Source: a virus (taxonomy: Duplodnaviria; Caudoviricetes). Taken from it: a DNA stretch of 38,174 nucleotides. Positions 1 through 7,954 of this stretch are shown piece by piece. The notes beneath the pieces are model-generated. The model saw only the letters and a program-made list of their open reading frames with translations. It was not told the origin of the DNA and ran no database searches. The DNA lies in IMG/VR virus record IMGVR_UViG_3300031716_000027, positions 1 through 38,174 of that record; one strand, written 5' to 3'. Positions within the stretch are counted from its first letter, which is position 1. The number at the start of each line of letters is the position of its first letter. The translations under genes and the position numbers were made by a program.

Positions 1-127
1 AAAATGGAGAGCAATATTTGTACATTTTGAACTGGGCAAAACACCAGAAAATTGACAAGTCACTTGAGAGGTTAAAAGCGCCACCCCTTGATTTAATTAA
101 AGATTTCATTTCAAATTCGACGAGCAT
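1..127. repeat. Terminal direct repeat, left copy (circular-assembly overlap)
   Basis: 1-127 is identical to 38048-38174. 127 is a common maximum assembler k-mer, and the repeat falls mid-gene. Confidence 0.95.
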
Positions 128-563
128 TCGACGAACGTTCGACGAGCATTCGACGAGCGCTCGCGACGGAATAGGAATAGGAATAGGAATAGGAATAGGA
201 GAGAAGACAGATTCTAACGAATCTTTGTCCGATTCGCATCGGACATCTCGCCTGCTTAAAGAAAAATCAACCGAACAAGCTATCGAGGTTCTGAATTTTC
301 TTAACGAGAAAGCGGAAAAATTTTATCGACCGGTTGAAGTCAATTTGAAATTAATCAATCGTTGCTTGTCCAATGGAATGTCTGTGGAGGATTTGAAATG
401 TATCATTGCAAAAAAATGTCGTGAATGGAAAGGCAATCCAACAATGGATTATTGCCTTAGACCCAAAACATTGTTCAGCAAAGAAAATTGCGAGCAATAT
501 TATGGGCAATTAAATTTAAAACTAGAACAGGAAGTTGAAAATGAAGAAATGCCCAGAATGTGA
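1..563 (+). CDS. Phage replication initiator / replisome organiser, 3' part (continues from 37804; about 268 aa in total)
   Basis: In frame with the 37804 ATG across the junction. The C-terminus EVLNFLNEKA..YRP..W...TM.YCLRPKTLF resembles the conserved phage C-terminal domain (Phg_2220_C). Confidence 0.85.
   Translation, partial: NGEQYLYILNWAKHQKIDKSLERLKAPPLDLIKDFISNSTSIRRTFDEHSTSARDGIGIGIGIGIGEKTDSNESLSDSHRTSRLLKEKSTEQAIEVLNFLNEKAEKFYRPVEVNLKLINRCLSNGMSVEDLKCIIAKKCREWKGNPTMDYCLRPKTLFSKENCEQYYGQLNLKLEQEVENEEMPRM
116..170 (+). repeat. Iteron-like 11-bp tandem repeats (TTCGACGAGCA), candidate replication origin
   Basis: Copies at 116, 127, 138 and 149, plus a degenerate copy at 160. They lie inside the initiator gene, next to an AT-rich stretch. 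Confidence 0.7.
168..200 (+). repeat. (GGAATA)5 hexamer repeat encoding a GIGIGIGIGIG linker
   Basis: Directly visible tandem repeat. Confidence 0.9.
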
Positions 564-1047
564 AAGACCTTTTCAGGGCCATGACTGCAAGTGTGGTTAT
601 TCAGAAAAATCAAATGACTCAAAAACAAAACGCTCATCACGCGATGAGTGGATTTTAAAACAGCGTCAGGAATTAAATTCATTGCAATGTCAATATGCAA
701 GGATGAAAGAATACGAAGAAACGGCAATAGGCGAAGAAACAAAACAAGCGTGTAAGTTTTTAAAAGAAACAGCAGCGTTAAAATTAAGCGAGTTAAAAAT
801 TACATGTCAAAATTACTGGAGTGAAATTTGTGAGTTACCGAGCGAATCAAAATGCCACGGGTTTGATTCAGGCAGTCGGTCGAGTTGTACAAAATTTGGT
901 CTGATAGCTCACTTGGGTAGCGATTCTTGGTTTTGCTTCTCCCACTTCGATGGCGGCTCGTTGAACCCTAGGCCTGTAGGTATGCCAAGGCCTGTTGGAG
1001 ATGTCTTACCCTACCCCCATAGGATTGGAAAAATCGACATAGGTTAA
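541..1047 (+). CDS. Cys-rich (Zn-binding) hypothetical protein downstream of the initiator
   Basis: CPEC...CKCG at the N-terminus and C..C..CxxH near the C-terminus. Overlaps the initiator stop; ATG at 541. Confidence 0.65.
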   Translation: MKKCPECERPFQGHDCKCGYSEKSNDSKTKRSSRDEWILKQRQELNSLQCQYARMKEYEETAIGEETKQACKFLKETAALKLSELKITCQNYWSEICELPSESKCHGFDSGSRSSCTKFGLIAHLGSDSWFCFSHFDGGSLNPRPVGMPRPVGDVLPYPHRIGKIDIG

Positions 1048-1431
1048 GGGTAGTTTTAGGTAGTTATCAATTATTTCTTTGCAAGACTCGAAACCTAGGC
1101 CAAATTCTGCACAGTAACCAATTCCCGACAAACGTGCTAAAAGTTGTATTTGTCGGGAGAGATGGGCAGACGCCTTTAATGTGCCGTTCTTATTATATAC
1201 CTCTTTCATTGAGCGTTTAATCTCAATACATAAGCCATGAAATTCACCTCGCGGCTCTAAAATTATCAGGTCGGGTATACCTGCTTCGCTACGTTGATTT
1301 TTGATGCGTTTTGCTTGTCCAATTGTGGTTTTAATGCCACCACTTTCAGATGTAAATATGACTTTTGGATATCTCCATTTTATGTACTGACATATCGCTG
1401 TATGTATGTCAGATTCTTTTAAAGTTTTCAT
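1006..1431 (-). CDS. VRR-NUC domain nuclease (Holliday junction resolvase-like)
   Basis: ESDIH..I, AGIPDLIIL, GLCIEIK, Q...L..L...GY motifs of the PD-(D/E)xK VRR-NUC family. Confidence 0.85.
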   Translation of the reverse strand: MKTLKESDIHTAICQYIKWRYPKVIFTSESGGIKTTIGQAKRIKNQRSEAGIPDLIILEPRGEFHGLCIEIKRSMKEVYNKNGTLKASAHLSRQIQLLARLSGIGYCAEFGLGFESCKEIIDNYLKLPLTYVDFSNPMGVG

Positions 1432-1439
1432 TATTTATC

Positions 1440-1467
1440 TTTACTTTTAGAAGAAAAATGTTAAACT
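1440..1467 (+). promoter_or_regulatory. Putative sigma70 promoter, antisense to the leftward operon
   Basis: TTTACT (1440-1445), 16-bp spacer, extended -10 TGtTAAACT (1459-1467). Confidence 0.45.
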
Positions 1468-1472
1468 AATTT

Positions 1473-1537
1473 AGTCGCAGTTTGTTCCTTTCTGCGACTT
1501 TTTGCCCCTAGTAGCTCGCAACCCTAGGGGCTTTTTT
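1473..1537 (+). ncRNA. Candidate ~65-nt two-hairpin small RNA
   Basis: Hairpin AGTCGCAG-TTTGTTCCTTT-CTGCGACT followed by a terminator hairpin, immediately downstream of the putative promoter. Confidence 0.45.
1504..1537 (+). terminator. Rho-independent terminator
   Basis: GCCCCTAG...CTAGGGGC stem followed by a T run. Confidence 0.75.
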
Positions 1538-1745
1538 ATAATGGCTTAATTTTATTGGAATTAAGCTCTGAACTAACATTGATTATAAGCCTTATTTTAT
1601 TTAAAATATCTGACTCCACTTCTTCCGAAAGCTTTTCAGCAAAAGAATTTTTAAAAGTAATTCCCTCGCCATAAGCTATGGCAACGATTACTCTTTCTAG
1701 CTCTCGCAATATTTGTTGCCTCGCCATCTGAATATCGTAACGCAT
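1536..1745 (-). CDS. Hypothetical protein
   Basis: ORF coupled to the upstream gene in the tightly packed leftward operon. Confidence 0.6.
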   Translation of the reverse strand: MRYDIQMARQQILRELERVIVAIAYGEGITFKNSFAEKLSEEVESDILNKIRLIINVSSELNSNKIKPL

Positions 1746-1978
1746 TATAATTTTCCTTGTATCATCTTAATTTCAATTCCACGATAACTAAAGCCCTCTA
1801 TCATTTGCATTGACATGTCAGTTGGTAATTCTTCAAGTATCTTCATGTAAGCTTCTTTTGATAAATGCGTTTTTTGTACATTTAGCATTTTTAGCTTGTC
1901 AAGTGTGGCGAAAGTTTCTTTTATTTTCTTATCGCATTTTATCTGCCAAAGATATTTGCTTTTTTCTAAGTCTATCAT
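1745..1978 (-). CDS. Hypothetical protein
   Basis: ORF with an AGGGGG RBS, in operon. Confidence 0.65.
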   Translation of the reverse strand: MIDLEKSKYLWQIKCDKKIKETFATLDKLKMLNVQKTHLSKEAYMKILEELPTDMSMQMIEGFSYRGIEIKMIQGKL

Positions 1979-2009
1979 TTTTCCCCCTAATTTTCAAGGG
2001 GAAATTATA

Positions 2010-2111
2010 TCACTGATGAATGTACTTGGACAAGAATATCGTGGCGAGAATGACTATAACCATGAACGTAACTATAATTCCATTACATATTTTTAATTTT
2101 GATATTAACAA
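2010..2111 (-). CDS. Possible 33-aa single-TM peptide (not in ORF track)
   Basis: TTG start overlapping the previous stop. Contains the hydrophobic stretch IIVTFMVIVILATIFL and fills the operon gap. Confidence 0.3.
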   Translation of the reverse strand: MLISKLKICNGIIVTFMVIVILATIFLSKYIHQ

Positions 2112-2323
2112 TTCATTGTCGAATAATGTATGAATAGCTGCTTCTGACGAAGATTTGTAAGCGGCGGCTGCCATGTCAAGTTTTCTGCTGTTTGAAAATT
2201 CTCTAATCGAGTGACATAAGTTTCGTTAATGAACAAAAGTTTATTCATATTTTCATTCAGACGTATTATTTCTTCCTGTTGTTCTTTTATTACTAAAGCC
2301 ATCTCTTCATTTGTTTGGGTCAT
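2105..2323 (-). CDS. Hypothetical coiled-coil protein
   Basis: AGGAG RBS; heptad-like N-terminal half. Confidence 0.65.
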   Translation of the reverse strand: MTQTNEEMALVIKEQQEEIIRLNENMNKLLFINETYVTRLENFQTAENLTWQPPLTNLRQKQLFIHYSTMNC

Positions 2324-2345
2324 TATCTTCTCCTTTCGTCAATAT

Positions 2346-2582
2346 TTATGATTTTGTAGGTTTAGGTAAGTAATGCTTTATAGGCGTTTTAAAAATGATA
2401 TCCTGACCAATCTTGTAATATTCTACATGTGACATTTTAGACTCGCATTTTTTGCAGGAAGGATAAAAGGTAAGAGGACGCTCAGTTATGTATTGAGAAC
2501 TGCATTTTTCACAACTTAATATTAAATAGTCTTCTATATCAGTATCGTGATGGTATTGGCATGTTTTACAGTACTCTATCAT
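2346..2582 (-). CDS. Small Cys-rich zinc-ribbon protein
   Basis: Three CxxC motifs; ATGA overlap with the upstream gene. Confidence 0.65.
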   Translation of the reverse strand: MIEYCKTCQYHHDTDIEDYLILSCEKCSSQYITERPLTFYPSCKKCESKMSHVEYYKIGQDIIFKTPIKHYLPKPTKS

Positions 2583-2890
2583 TTCAAAGTATCCGTGTTA
2601 AAGTTTTTGCATTTTTCTATTATATCTAGCCATTGGTTCATACATACATAACCTATTACATCGTAATCGCTATCAACCACTTTTTTTGTTATGAAGTTAC
2701 CTTCAAACAAAATAGCCACCTCAGCATCTTTAGATGCTGATTGTTTATCGGGTACGTTACGCCTAAGTCGATTAATAATGTGCTCCATGCTTTCTCTATT
2801 TTCACAATAATTCATATGTCCAAACTGGGTCGACAAGCAAAGCCCGTTTTCAAAATCTAAGAAAAAACCATGAGGAGCGGAAGTGAACAT
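2579..2890 (-). CDS. Conserved phage hypothetical protein
   Basis: GF..FENG..LS.QFG..NYC...AEVAI...DVIGY pattern, which I recall from other phage unknowns; AAGGA RBS. Confidence 0.7.
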   Translation of the reverse strand: MFTSAPHGFFLDFENGLCLSTQFGHMNYCENRESMEHIINRLRRNVPDKQSASKDAEVAILFEGNFITKKVVDSDYDVIGYVCMNQWLDIIEKCKNFNTDTLK

Positions 2891-2895
2891 TTTTT

Positions 2896-3174
2896 TTATT
2901 CCTTTTCGTCTGTTAAATAAAGATTATCGAGATTGGCATATAATATTTTAGCAAATTCAGCAGGAAGCTTCTCTTGCGAGTCCGATAGCTTTTTAAAGAA
3001 ACTATTGAGTTCTTTTTGAGCGTCATCAAGAATCACTGCGTTTTCTTTGTCCTCTTCGTATTCGTCCTCATCCCAGTCACGTGGCTGTGGGTGGTCGCCA
3101 TCGTCCTGGGGGTCTGGCATGCATTGTTGGCCGTAGCCATAGAATTCAGGGATTAAGCTCATTTTATGTCGCAT
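2896..3174 (-). CDS. Acidic hypothetical protein
   Basis: In-operon ORF with an acidic tract DWDEDEYEED. Confidence 0.6.
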   Translation of the reverse strand: MRHKMSLIPEFYGYGQQCMPDPQDDGDHPQPRDWDEDEYEEDKENAVILDDAQKELNSFFKKLSDSQEKLPAEFAKILYANLDNLYLTDEKE

Positions 3175-3478
3175 CCTCTTCTATAATAAAATTAAGGGTG
3201 TTATTTTCAATAATTGTCCATGAAGAGCGAAGGGGTTTGAATGTTGCATTAAAGTCAGATATAAACGATTTTATAAAATCTATATTGCCAATTACAACGT
3301 TATGCGGCCTAATTATTTTCTTTCCATCTGTGCTTATTTTTGCATTACATACGTGAATGGTTCGAGTGCTTATATCAGATATTATTATTGCTAATAAGTT
3401 TTCTTTGTTTATTTCTCCTGGGTTATTGATCATAACCCATTCTAAATATGTCCTTACTGGTGTATAAATAATTTTCAT
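3164..3478 (-). CDS. Hypothetical protein
   Basis: AGGAG RBS, in operon. Confidence 0.65.
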   Translation of the reverse strand: MKIIYTPVRTYLEWVMINNPGEINKENLLAIIISDISTRTIHVCNAKISTDGKKIIRPHNVVIGNIDFIKSFISDFNATFKPLRSSWTIIENNTLNFIIEEDAT

Positions 3479-3479
3479 T

Positions 3480-3698
3480 TTAATTTATCTCCTTTTTGTC
3501 TTTTGGTTCCGATATATCAATTATAATTGAATATAGTTTCATATTTTGCAAAAACCACTCTATAGCCAATTCAGACACATGAGTGTTATGCGCCTGTTCA
3601 GATTCTTTTCCGTATTGTTTTTCAATTGTTTTTTTACCTTCTTTAATGTCATCAACTATCTTGTCCATATCGTTTGTTTTTATGCAAATATATCTCAT
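3480..3698 (-). CDS. Hypothetical protein
   Basis: Abuts both neighbours in the operon. Confidence 0.65.
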   Translation of the reverse strand: MRYICIKTNDMDKIVDDIKEGKKTIEKQYGKESEQAHNTHVSELAIEWFLQNMKLYSIIIDISEPKDKKEIN

Positions 3699-3887
3699 TT
3701 AAATGTCTACTTCTTTTGAGTTTTCAATTATTGCTTCGTACATAATCTTAGCTGTTTCAAGCGCTGTGCTTGATATTGTTGTGCTTAGCCAATTTTGGGC
3801 GCCCAAAGTTTCTTGCGATTTATGCTCTGCTGTAAATTCGCTTAACATTATGTCGAGTAAAGGTGCTGGGACGATGTATATTTTCAT
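3699..3887 (-). CDS. Hypothetical protein
   Basis: AAGGA RBS, in operon. Confidence 0.6.
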   Translation of the reverse strand: MKIYIVPAPLLDIMLSEFTAEHKSQETLGAQNWLSTTISSTALETAKIMYEAIIENSKEVDI

Positions 3888-3964
3888 GTTAATTTAATCC
3901 TTAAAAATAATAATTGTTGATATAGTCATTAAGCCTGAGACTAATAACCAACTATATAACGGTG

Positions 3965-4180
3965 TTAAGCTCCACATGATTTATCTTCCTCTTTCTTTAT
4001 TTTTGATTCAACGATATAAATTTCAACCTGATTTGTGTGTATGTCAGCCCATGTGCTCATGTGCATAGACTCGATAGCATGCTGTGAGTTAATGACAATG
4101 TCTGGATTTTCCTCATTTGTCATATACTTTAAGTAATTTATTGAGTTTTGTAATTGCTCAATCAGTTTTTTTGCTTTCAT
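3965..4180 (-). CDS. Hypothetical protein
   Basis: AGGAG RBS; MKAKKLIEQL N-terminus typical of small phage early proteins. Confidence 0.65.
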   Translation of the reverse strand: MKAKKLIEQLQNSINYLKYMTNEENPDIVINSQHAIESMHMSTWADIHTNQVEIYIVESKIKKEEDKSCGA

Positions 4181-4340
4181 TTTCGATTACTCCTTTTATT
4201 TCGATTGCTATTCGTGCGATAGATAATTTCCTATCGCGGTGGATGGTACTGACCTCACTTAACGCATCTGCAGTAATATTTGATATCACATCATTTATTA
4301 TTGCAATAATCCATTTCCTTGTATGTGTGTCGAGTTGCAT
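4158..4340 (-). CDS. Hypothetical protein
   Basis: GAGGTG RBS, in operon. Confidence 0.6.
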   Translation of the reverse strand: MQLDTHTRKWIIAIINDVISNITADALSEVSTIHRDRKLSIARIAIEIKGVIENESKKTD

Positions 4341-4349
4341 TTTATCACC

Positions 4350-4625
4350 TCAGTGCAAATTTTTGTCGGTTGAGTTGAGCGAATTTAATAATGATTCCAA
4401 TTCGCCTCTTGGAAATGCTCCTTTAAGCTGCTCAATCATTTTTTCAGCGGCTGGGCTGAATCTGAAATCAATGATAACCACTTGTTCGTTAGTTTCCGAA
4501 TTTCTCAGCAAATCAGCTTCTTTTAAATAAATTTGCTGACTTAAAAGCCTGAAGTAGATAGGGGCGTCTTTTTCGGCATGCGATTTTATGTCATTTAGGT
4601 GCTTTATTAGTTCGTCAATTGTCAT
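4350..4625 (-). CDS. Hypothetical protein, paralogue of 4641-4961
   Basis: MTIDELIKHLNDIK...DKNLH versus MKLSELIDALNRIK...DKNIH. Confidence 0.7.
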   Translation of the reverse strand: MTIDELIKHLNDIKSHAEKDAPIYFRLLSQQIYLKEADLLRNSETNEQVVIIDFRFSPAAEKMIEQLKGAFPRGELESLLNSLNSTDKNLH

Positions 4626-4640
4626 TTGGGTTATTCCTTT

Positions 4641-4961
4641 TTAGTGGATATTTTTATCTTTCCAATTATCTAGCTCTTCATTTAACTTGTGAATTTCTTG
4701 AGCCATTTTTAAGACCTCCTCGGGAGAGGTGCCAGGGAAACAGGTCATTGCCGCTAAAATAGTCATTAATGGTTCGTCGATGCCTACATCAAATACAACC
4801 ACTTCTTTTGCACTTGCTTCGGTTTTGCCAGCTTCGCCCAAAGAAACGCAGCGAAATTGCAAGGGGTGCTGAATGTTGTTAATTGTTAAAAATACCGATG
4901 GGTCTTTATCTGTTTTATTTTTTATACGGTTTAATGCGTCTATGAGTTCAGATAATTTCAT
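4641..4961 (-). CDS. Hypothetical protein, paralogue of 4350-4625
   Basis: GAGGA RBS; similarity to the neighbouring ORF. Confidence 0.7.
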   Translation of the reverse strand: MKLSELIDALNRIKNKTDKDPSVFLTINNIQHPLQFRCVSLGEAGKTEASAKEVVVFDVGIDEPLMTILAAMTCFPGTSPEEVLKMAQEIHKLNEELDNWKDKNIH

Positions 4962-4964
4962 TTT

Positions 4965-5240
4965 TTAAATTTCCTCTTCTTCTTTATATGTTTTATACGC
5001 TTTACAAAAAGCTTTCTGCAGTTCGTAATCCTCAAGCGTGCAAGCGTAGCCAAATTTATTAAAATACTCTTCAGCATCAGTTTTGTCTTGAAGAGCGTTC
5101 TGCAGGATATTGTCTAAAATATCGAAAGGAGAGCCTATTAAAATATCATCTGGGTTTCTTCCCTCCCAATGCAGCACCAGCTTTACATCTGCATCTAGTA
5201 TAAGTAGCTCTGAGATATCGTCGTATGATAATGTGTTCAT
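4965..5240 (-). CDS. Acidic hypothetical protein, first gene of leftward operon 1
   Basis: GGAG RBS, directly downstream of a strong promoter. Confidence 0.7.
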   Translation of the reverse strand: MNTLSYDDISELLILDADVKLVLHWEGRNPDDILIGSPFDILDNILQNALQDKTDAEEYFNKFGYACTLEDYELQKAFCKAYKTYKEEEEI

Positions 5241-5295
5241 TTTTTAAGCTCCATTTGTGTAAGGTGTTTATCAGTCGTTTTGACATGATGATTGC

Positions 5296-5324
5296 AGTAT
5301 AGTGTTTTAAAACTTAAATGTCAA
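5296..5324 (-). promoter_or_regulatory. Strong sigma70 promoter for leftward operon 1
   Basis: TTGACA (5324-5319), 17 bp, TATACT (5301-5296), with an AT-rich upstream region. Confidence 0.85.
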
Positions 5325-5444
5325 GTTAAAATAACTTAAAACTTTAAATATTTTCCAGTACGTTAAAAGATAAAATTAAAAGCTAGTATTTATGCGGGTT
5401 GTGGCGTATTTTTATTTTTTATGTGAGATATTACTTACAACAAG

Positions 5445-5480
5445 TAGAGAAATTTCTTACAAAATTTTGAGAAATTTCTT
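5445..5480. promoter_or_regulatory. Paired palindromic operator-like sites AGAAATTTCT
   Basis: Copies at 5448-5457 and 5470-5479, 22 bp apart. The 19-mer at 5445-5463 recurs at 37548-37566. Confidence 0.6.
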
Positions 5481-5524
5481 GAATGTGTTAAGCTATTTTA
5501 AGTTTATTTTAAGGGGGCTTGGGA

Positions 5525-5779
5525 ATGAATATAATAGACTGTAGGTGCAGCTATTGCAGTAACGGCGAAGTGCAGCAGGTACTGGGAGGTTTTACTAGCA
5601 CCCATACGTGCGCAGTGTGCGGAGGGTCTGGCATGCGGGAGGTATCTATAAAAACGATGTCACTCGGCGAGATTAAGGTTGATGTACCCGCAAAAGATAT
5701 CGATACGCTTGATGTGCCAGCAAAACGAAAATATACAAAAAAAACTCAAACTGAGGTGGTAGAAAATGGCTGGCGGTAG
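5525..5779 (+). CDS. Small DnaJ-type zinc-finger protein with a basic tail
   Basis: CSYCSNG...CAVCGGSG and KRKYTKK; first gene of the packaging operon. Confidence 0.65.
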   Translation: MNIIDCRCSYCSNGEVQQVLGGFTSTHTCAVCGGSGMREVSIKTMSLGEIKVDVPAKDIDTLDVPAKRKYTKKTQTEVVENGWR

Positions 5780-6200
5780 ACCGACTAAGTATAGTAAAGA
5801 ACTGGCGGATGAAATATGCGCAGTAGTTTCAAAAAACTTTGATTCTTTAATGCGCATTTGCGCGGAAAGGCCTCACTTTCCCACGAAGGAAACCGTGCTT
5901 GAATGGAGACGAATTAATAAAGAGTTTTCTGCCGCATATGATGTAGCAAAAAGAACACAAGCAGAGCTAACAAGCGAGAAACTGAAAGAAGTTAATAATA
6001 AAGTTTATGAATACACGTATATTGACCAGCACGGCAACAAAAAAATTGACCCGGGCGCTGTAGCCGCAGCGAAACTTGAAAGCGATAATGTTCGATTTAT
6101 TGGTATAAAATTAGCACAGCATCTGTACGGTGATAAAACAGAAACGGTCGTGACATTAAAGTATGAAGATGTGCTAAGGCAACTTAAGAATGATAAATAA
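5766..6200 (+). CDS. terS: Terminase small subunit (Sf6/P22-like)
   Basis: GRPTKY..ELADEIC...P...TV.EW.....EF...Y..A and YGDK motifs; upstream of TerL. Confidence 0.85.
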   Translation: MAGGRPTKYSKELADEICAVVSKNFDSLMRICAERPHFPTKETVLEWRRINKEFSAAYDVAKRTQAELTSEKLKEVNNKVYEYTYIDQHGNKKIDPGAVAAAKLESDNVRFIGIKLAQHLYGDKTETVVTLKYEDVLRQLKNDK

Positions 6201-6396
6201 ATACACAAGACGGCTCATAAAGGGGATGATAAATAAATCGTTTGGCGAGCTTGGCTCACGCTCCTTAGATGAAAGCAAGCATATTTTTGCGGTTATTCTC
6301 AAAAATTACATCGAAGACGAATCTGACGTTGATACTGTGCTTGATATAATCAAAGAACTGCAATCAGAGAACGAAAGCAATGCAACCGTTAATTAG
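6190..6396 (+). CDS. Hypothetical protein between terS and terL
   Basis: Overlaps both neighbours on the same strand. Confidence 0.55.
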   Translation: MINKYTRRLIKGMINKSFGELGSRSLDESKHIFAVILKNYIEDESDVDTVLDIIKELQSENESNATVN

Positions 6397-7954
6397 TGAT
6401 GAAGCTAAAAATTTAGTAAAAGACATTATCTCCGACTACCCTTTTTACGCCTCTCGATGCCTTAAGATTCGCACAAAAGAAGGCTCCCTTGAGCCTTTTG
6501 TTTTAAATAAAGCCCAAAAATACTTTCATGCGCGTGTTGAAGAGCAAAAGAAACAGACCGGGCGTGTGCGTGTTATTATTCTAAAAGGTAGGCAGCAAGG
6601 GTGCTCTACGTACATTGAGGGTCGTGGTTACTGGCTTGTTACACAAAGCTTTGGTATGCGTGCCTTTATCCTTACGCATGAAGAAGAAGCCACCAATAAC
6701 CTATTTGATATGGCAAAACGCTTTCATGAGAATTGCCCGGCTATTTTAAGGCCATCCACGCAAGCATCTAACTCCAAAGAATTGATTTTTGGCGAGCTTG
6801 ATAGCGGATACAAGCTAGGTACGGCAGGTAACAAATCAACTGGGCGCTCACAGACCGTTCAGTTTTTGCATGCATCTGAAGCGGCCTTCTACAAGCACGC
6901 ATCTGAGCACGCTAAAGGTATACTTCAAACTGTGCCGCTTACTGATAATACCGAGATTTTTATCGAGTCAACTGCTAATGGCGTTGGTAATTGGTTCCAT
7001 CAGCTTTGGCAAGCGGCTGAGGCTGGTTTATCTGATTATATACCGGTGTTCTTGCCGTGGTTTTGGCAGGATGAATATGCTATTGATGCGCCATCAGACT
7101 TTAAAACAACGTCAGAAGAAGACGAATTAAAAGCTCTTTATTATTTGACGAATAATCAGTTGGCATGGAGACGATTAAAGATACAAGAGCTGTCTGTTGA
7201 TGGTGTGGACGGCGTAAAATCGTTCAAGCAAGAATATCCAAACAATCCAGCAGAGGCATTTCAAATGTCTGGGGAGGACTCTTTTATTAGCCCCGAACTT
7301 GTCATGTCAGCGCGCAGGAATATTGATGCAAACCCATATGGGCCATTGTTAATTGGCGCCGACATCGCCCGTTTTGGCGATGATAGAACAGCTATCGCGA
7401 GACGTCAGGGGCGTGTAGTGACGAAGATAGATACGTATGTTAAAAAAGACACAATGGAAATAGCGGGTATTTTGCACAACATTATCATTAATGAGCAGCC
7501 TACGAAAGTTTTTGTAGACGTAGGCGGCTTGGGGGCTAGTGTGGTTGACAGGCTTTACGAGCTTGGGCATCGAGATATAGTAGCTTCAGTTAATTCTGCT
7601 ACGCGCGCTTTAGATGCCGAACGGTTTGCGAATAAACGAGCGGAAATGTGGGCGCTTGGGCGTGAATGGCTACAAGATGAACCGGTGAGGTTGCCCGACC
7701 TAAATAGCTTGCATTCTGACTTATGCAGCACTAAATACAAAGTTGATTCAAAGGGTAGATTATTGATTGAAGCTAAAGCAGATATGAAATCAAGGGGGGT
7801 GCGCTCAAGCGATGAAGCAGATGCGGTGTTGTTAACTTTCGCTCTCCCCGTAAGTGCTTATGAGAAAAAGAAAACTGACCACGAGGCCACATCGAAAACA
7901 ATCATGTCTACGCTGACGCGGGTAAATAAACTTAAAAAAGCACGTTATCAATAG
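6380..7954 (+). CDS. terL: Terminase large subunit
   Basis: Walker A-like ILKGRQQGCST, Walker B FLHASEAAF, coupling motif ESTANG, RNase H-like IGADIARFGDDRT and SSDEADA. Confidence 0.95.
   Translation: MQPLISDEAKNLVKDIISDYPFYASRCLKIRTKEGSLEPFVLNKAQKYFHARVEEQKKQTGRVRVIILKGRQQGCSTYIEGRGYWLVTQSFGMRAFILTHEEEATNNLFDMAKRFHENCPAILRPSTQASNSKELIFGELDSGYKLGTAGNKSTGRSQTVQFLHASEAAFYKHASEHAKGILQTVPLTDNTEIFIESTANGVGNWFHQLWQAAEAGLSDYIPVFLPWFWQDEYAIDAPSDFKTTSEEDELKALYYLTNNQLAWRRLKIQELSVDGVDGVKSFKQEYPNNPAEAFQMSGEDSFISPELVMSARRNIDANPYGPLLIGADIARFGDDRTAIARRQGRVVTKIDTYVKKDTMEIAGILHNIIINEQPTKVFVDVGGLGASVVDRLYELGHRDIVASVNSATRALDAERFANKRAEMWALGREWLQDEPVRLPDLNSLHSDLCSTKYKVDSKGRLLIEAKADMKSRGVRSSDEADAVLLTFALPVSAYEKKKTDHEATSKTIMSTLTRVNKLKKARYQ

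Noticed and set aside
116-200. CRISPR-like array
   Set aside because: Contiguous 11-bp and 6-bp units without spacers, inside a CDS; no cas genes.
3915-3960. Third copy of the pseudoknot motif
   Set aside because: An imperfect AT-rich hairpin is possible, but it lacks the UGCCAGU/ACUGGC core.
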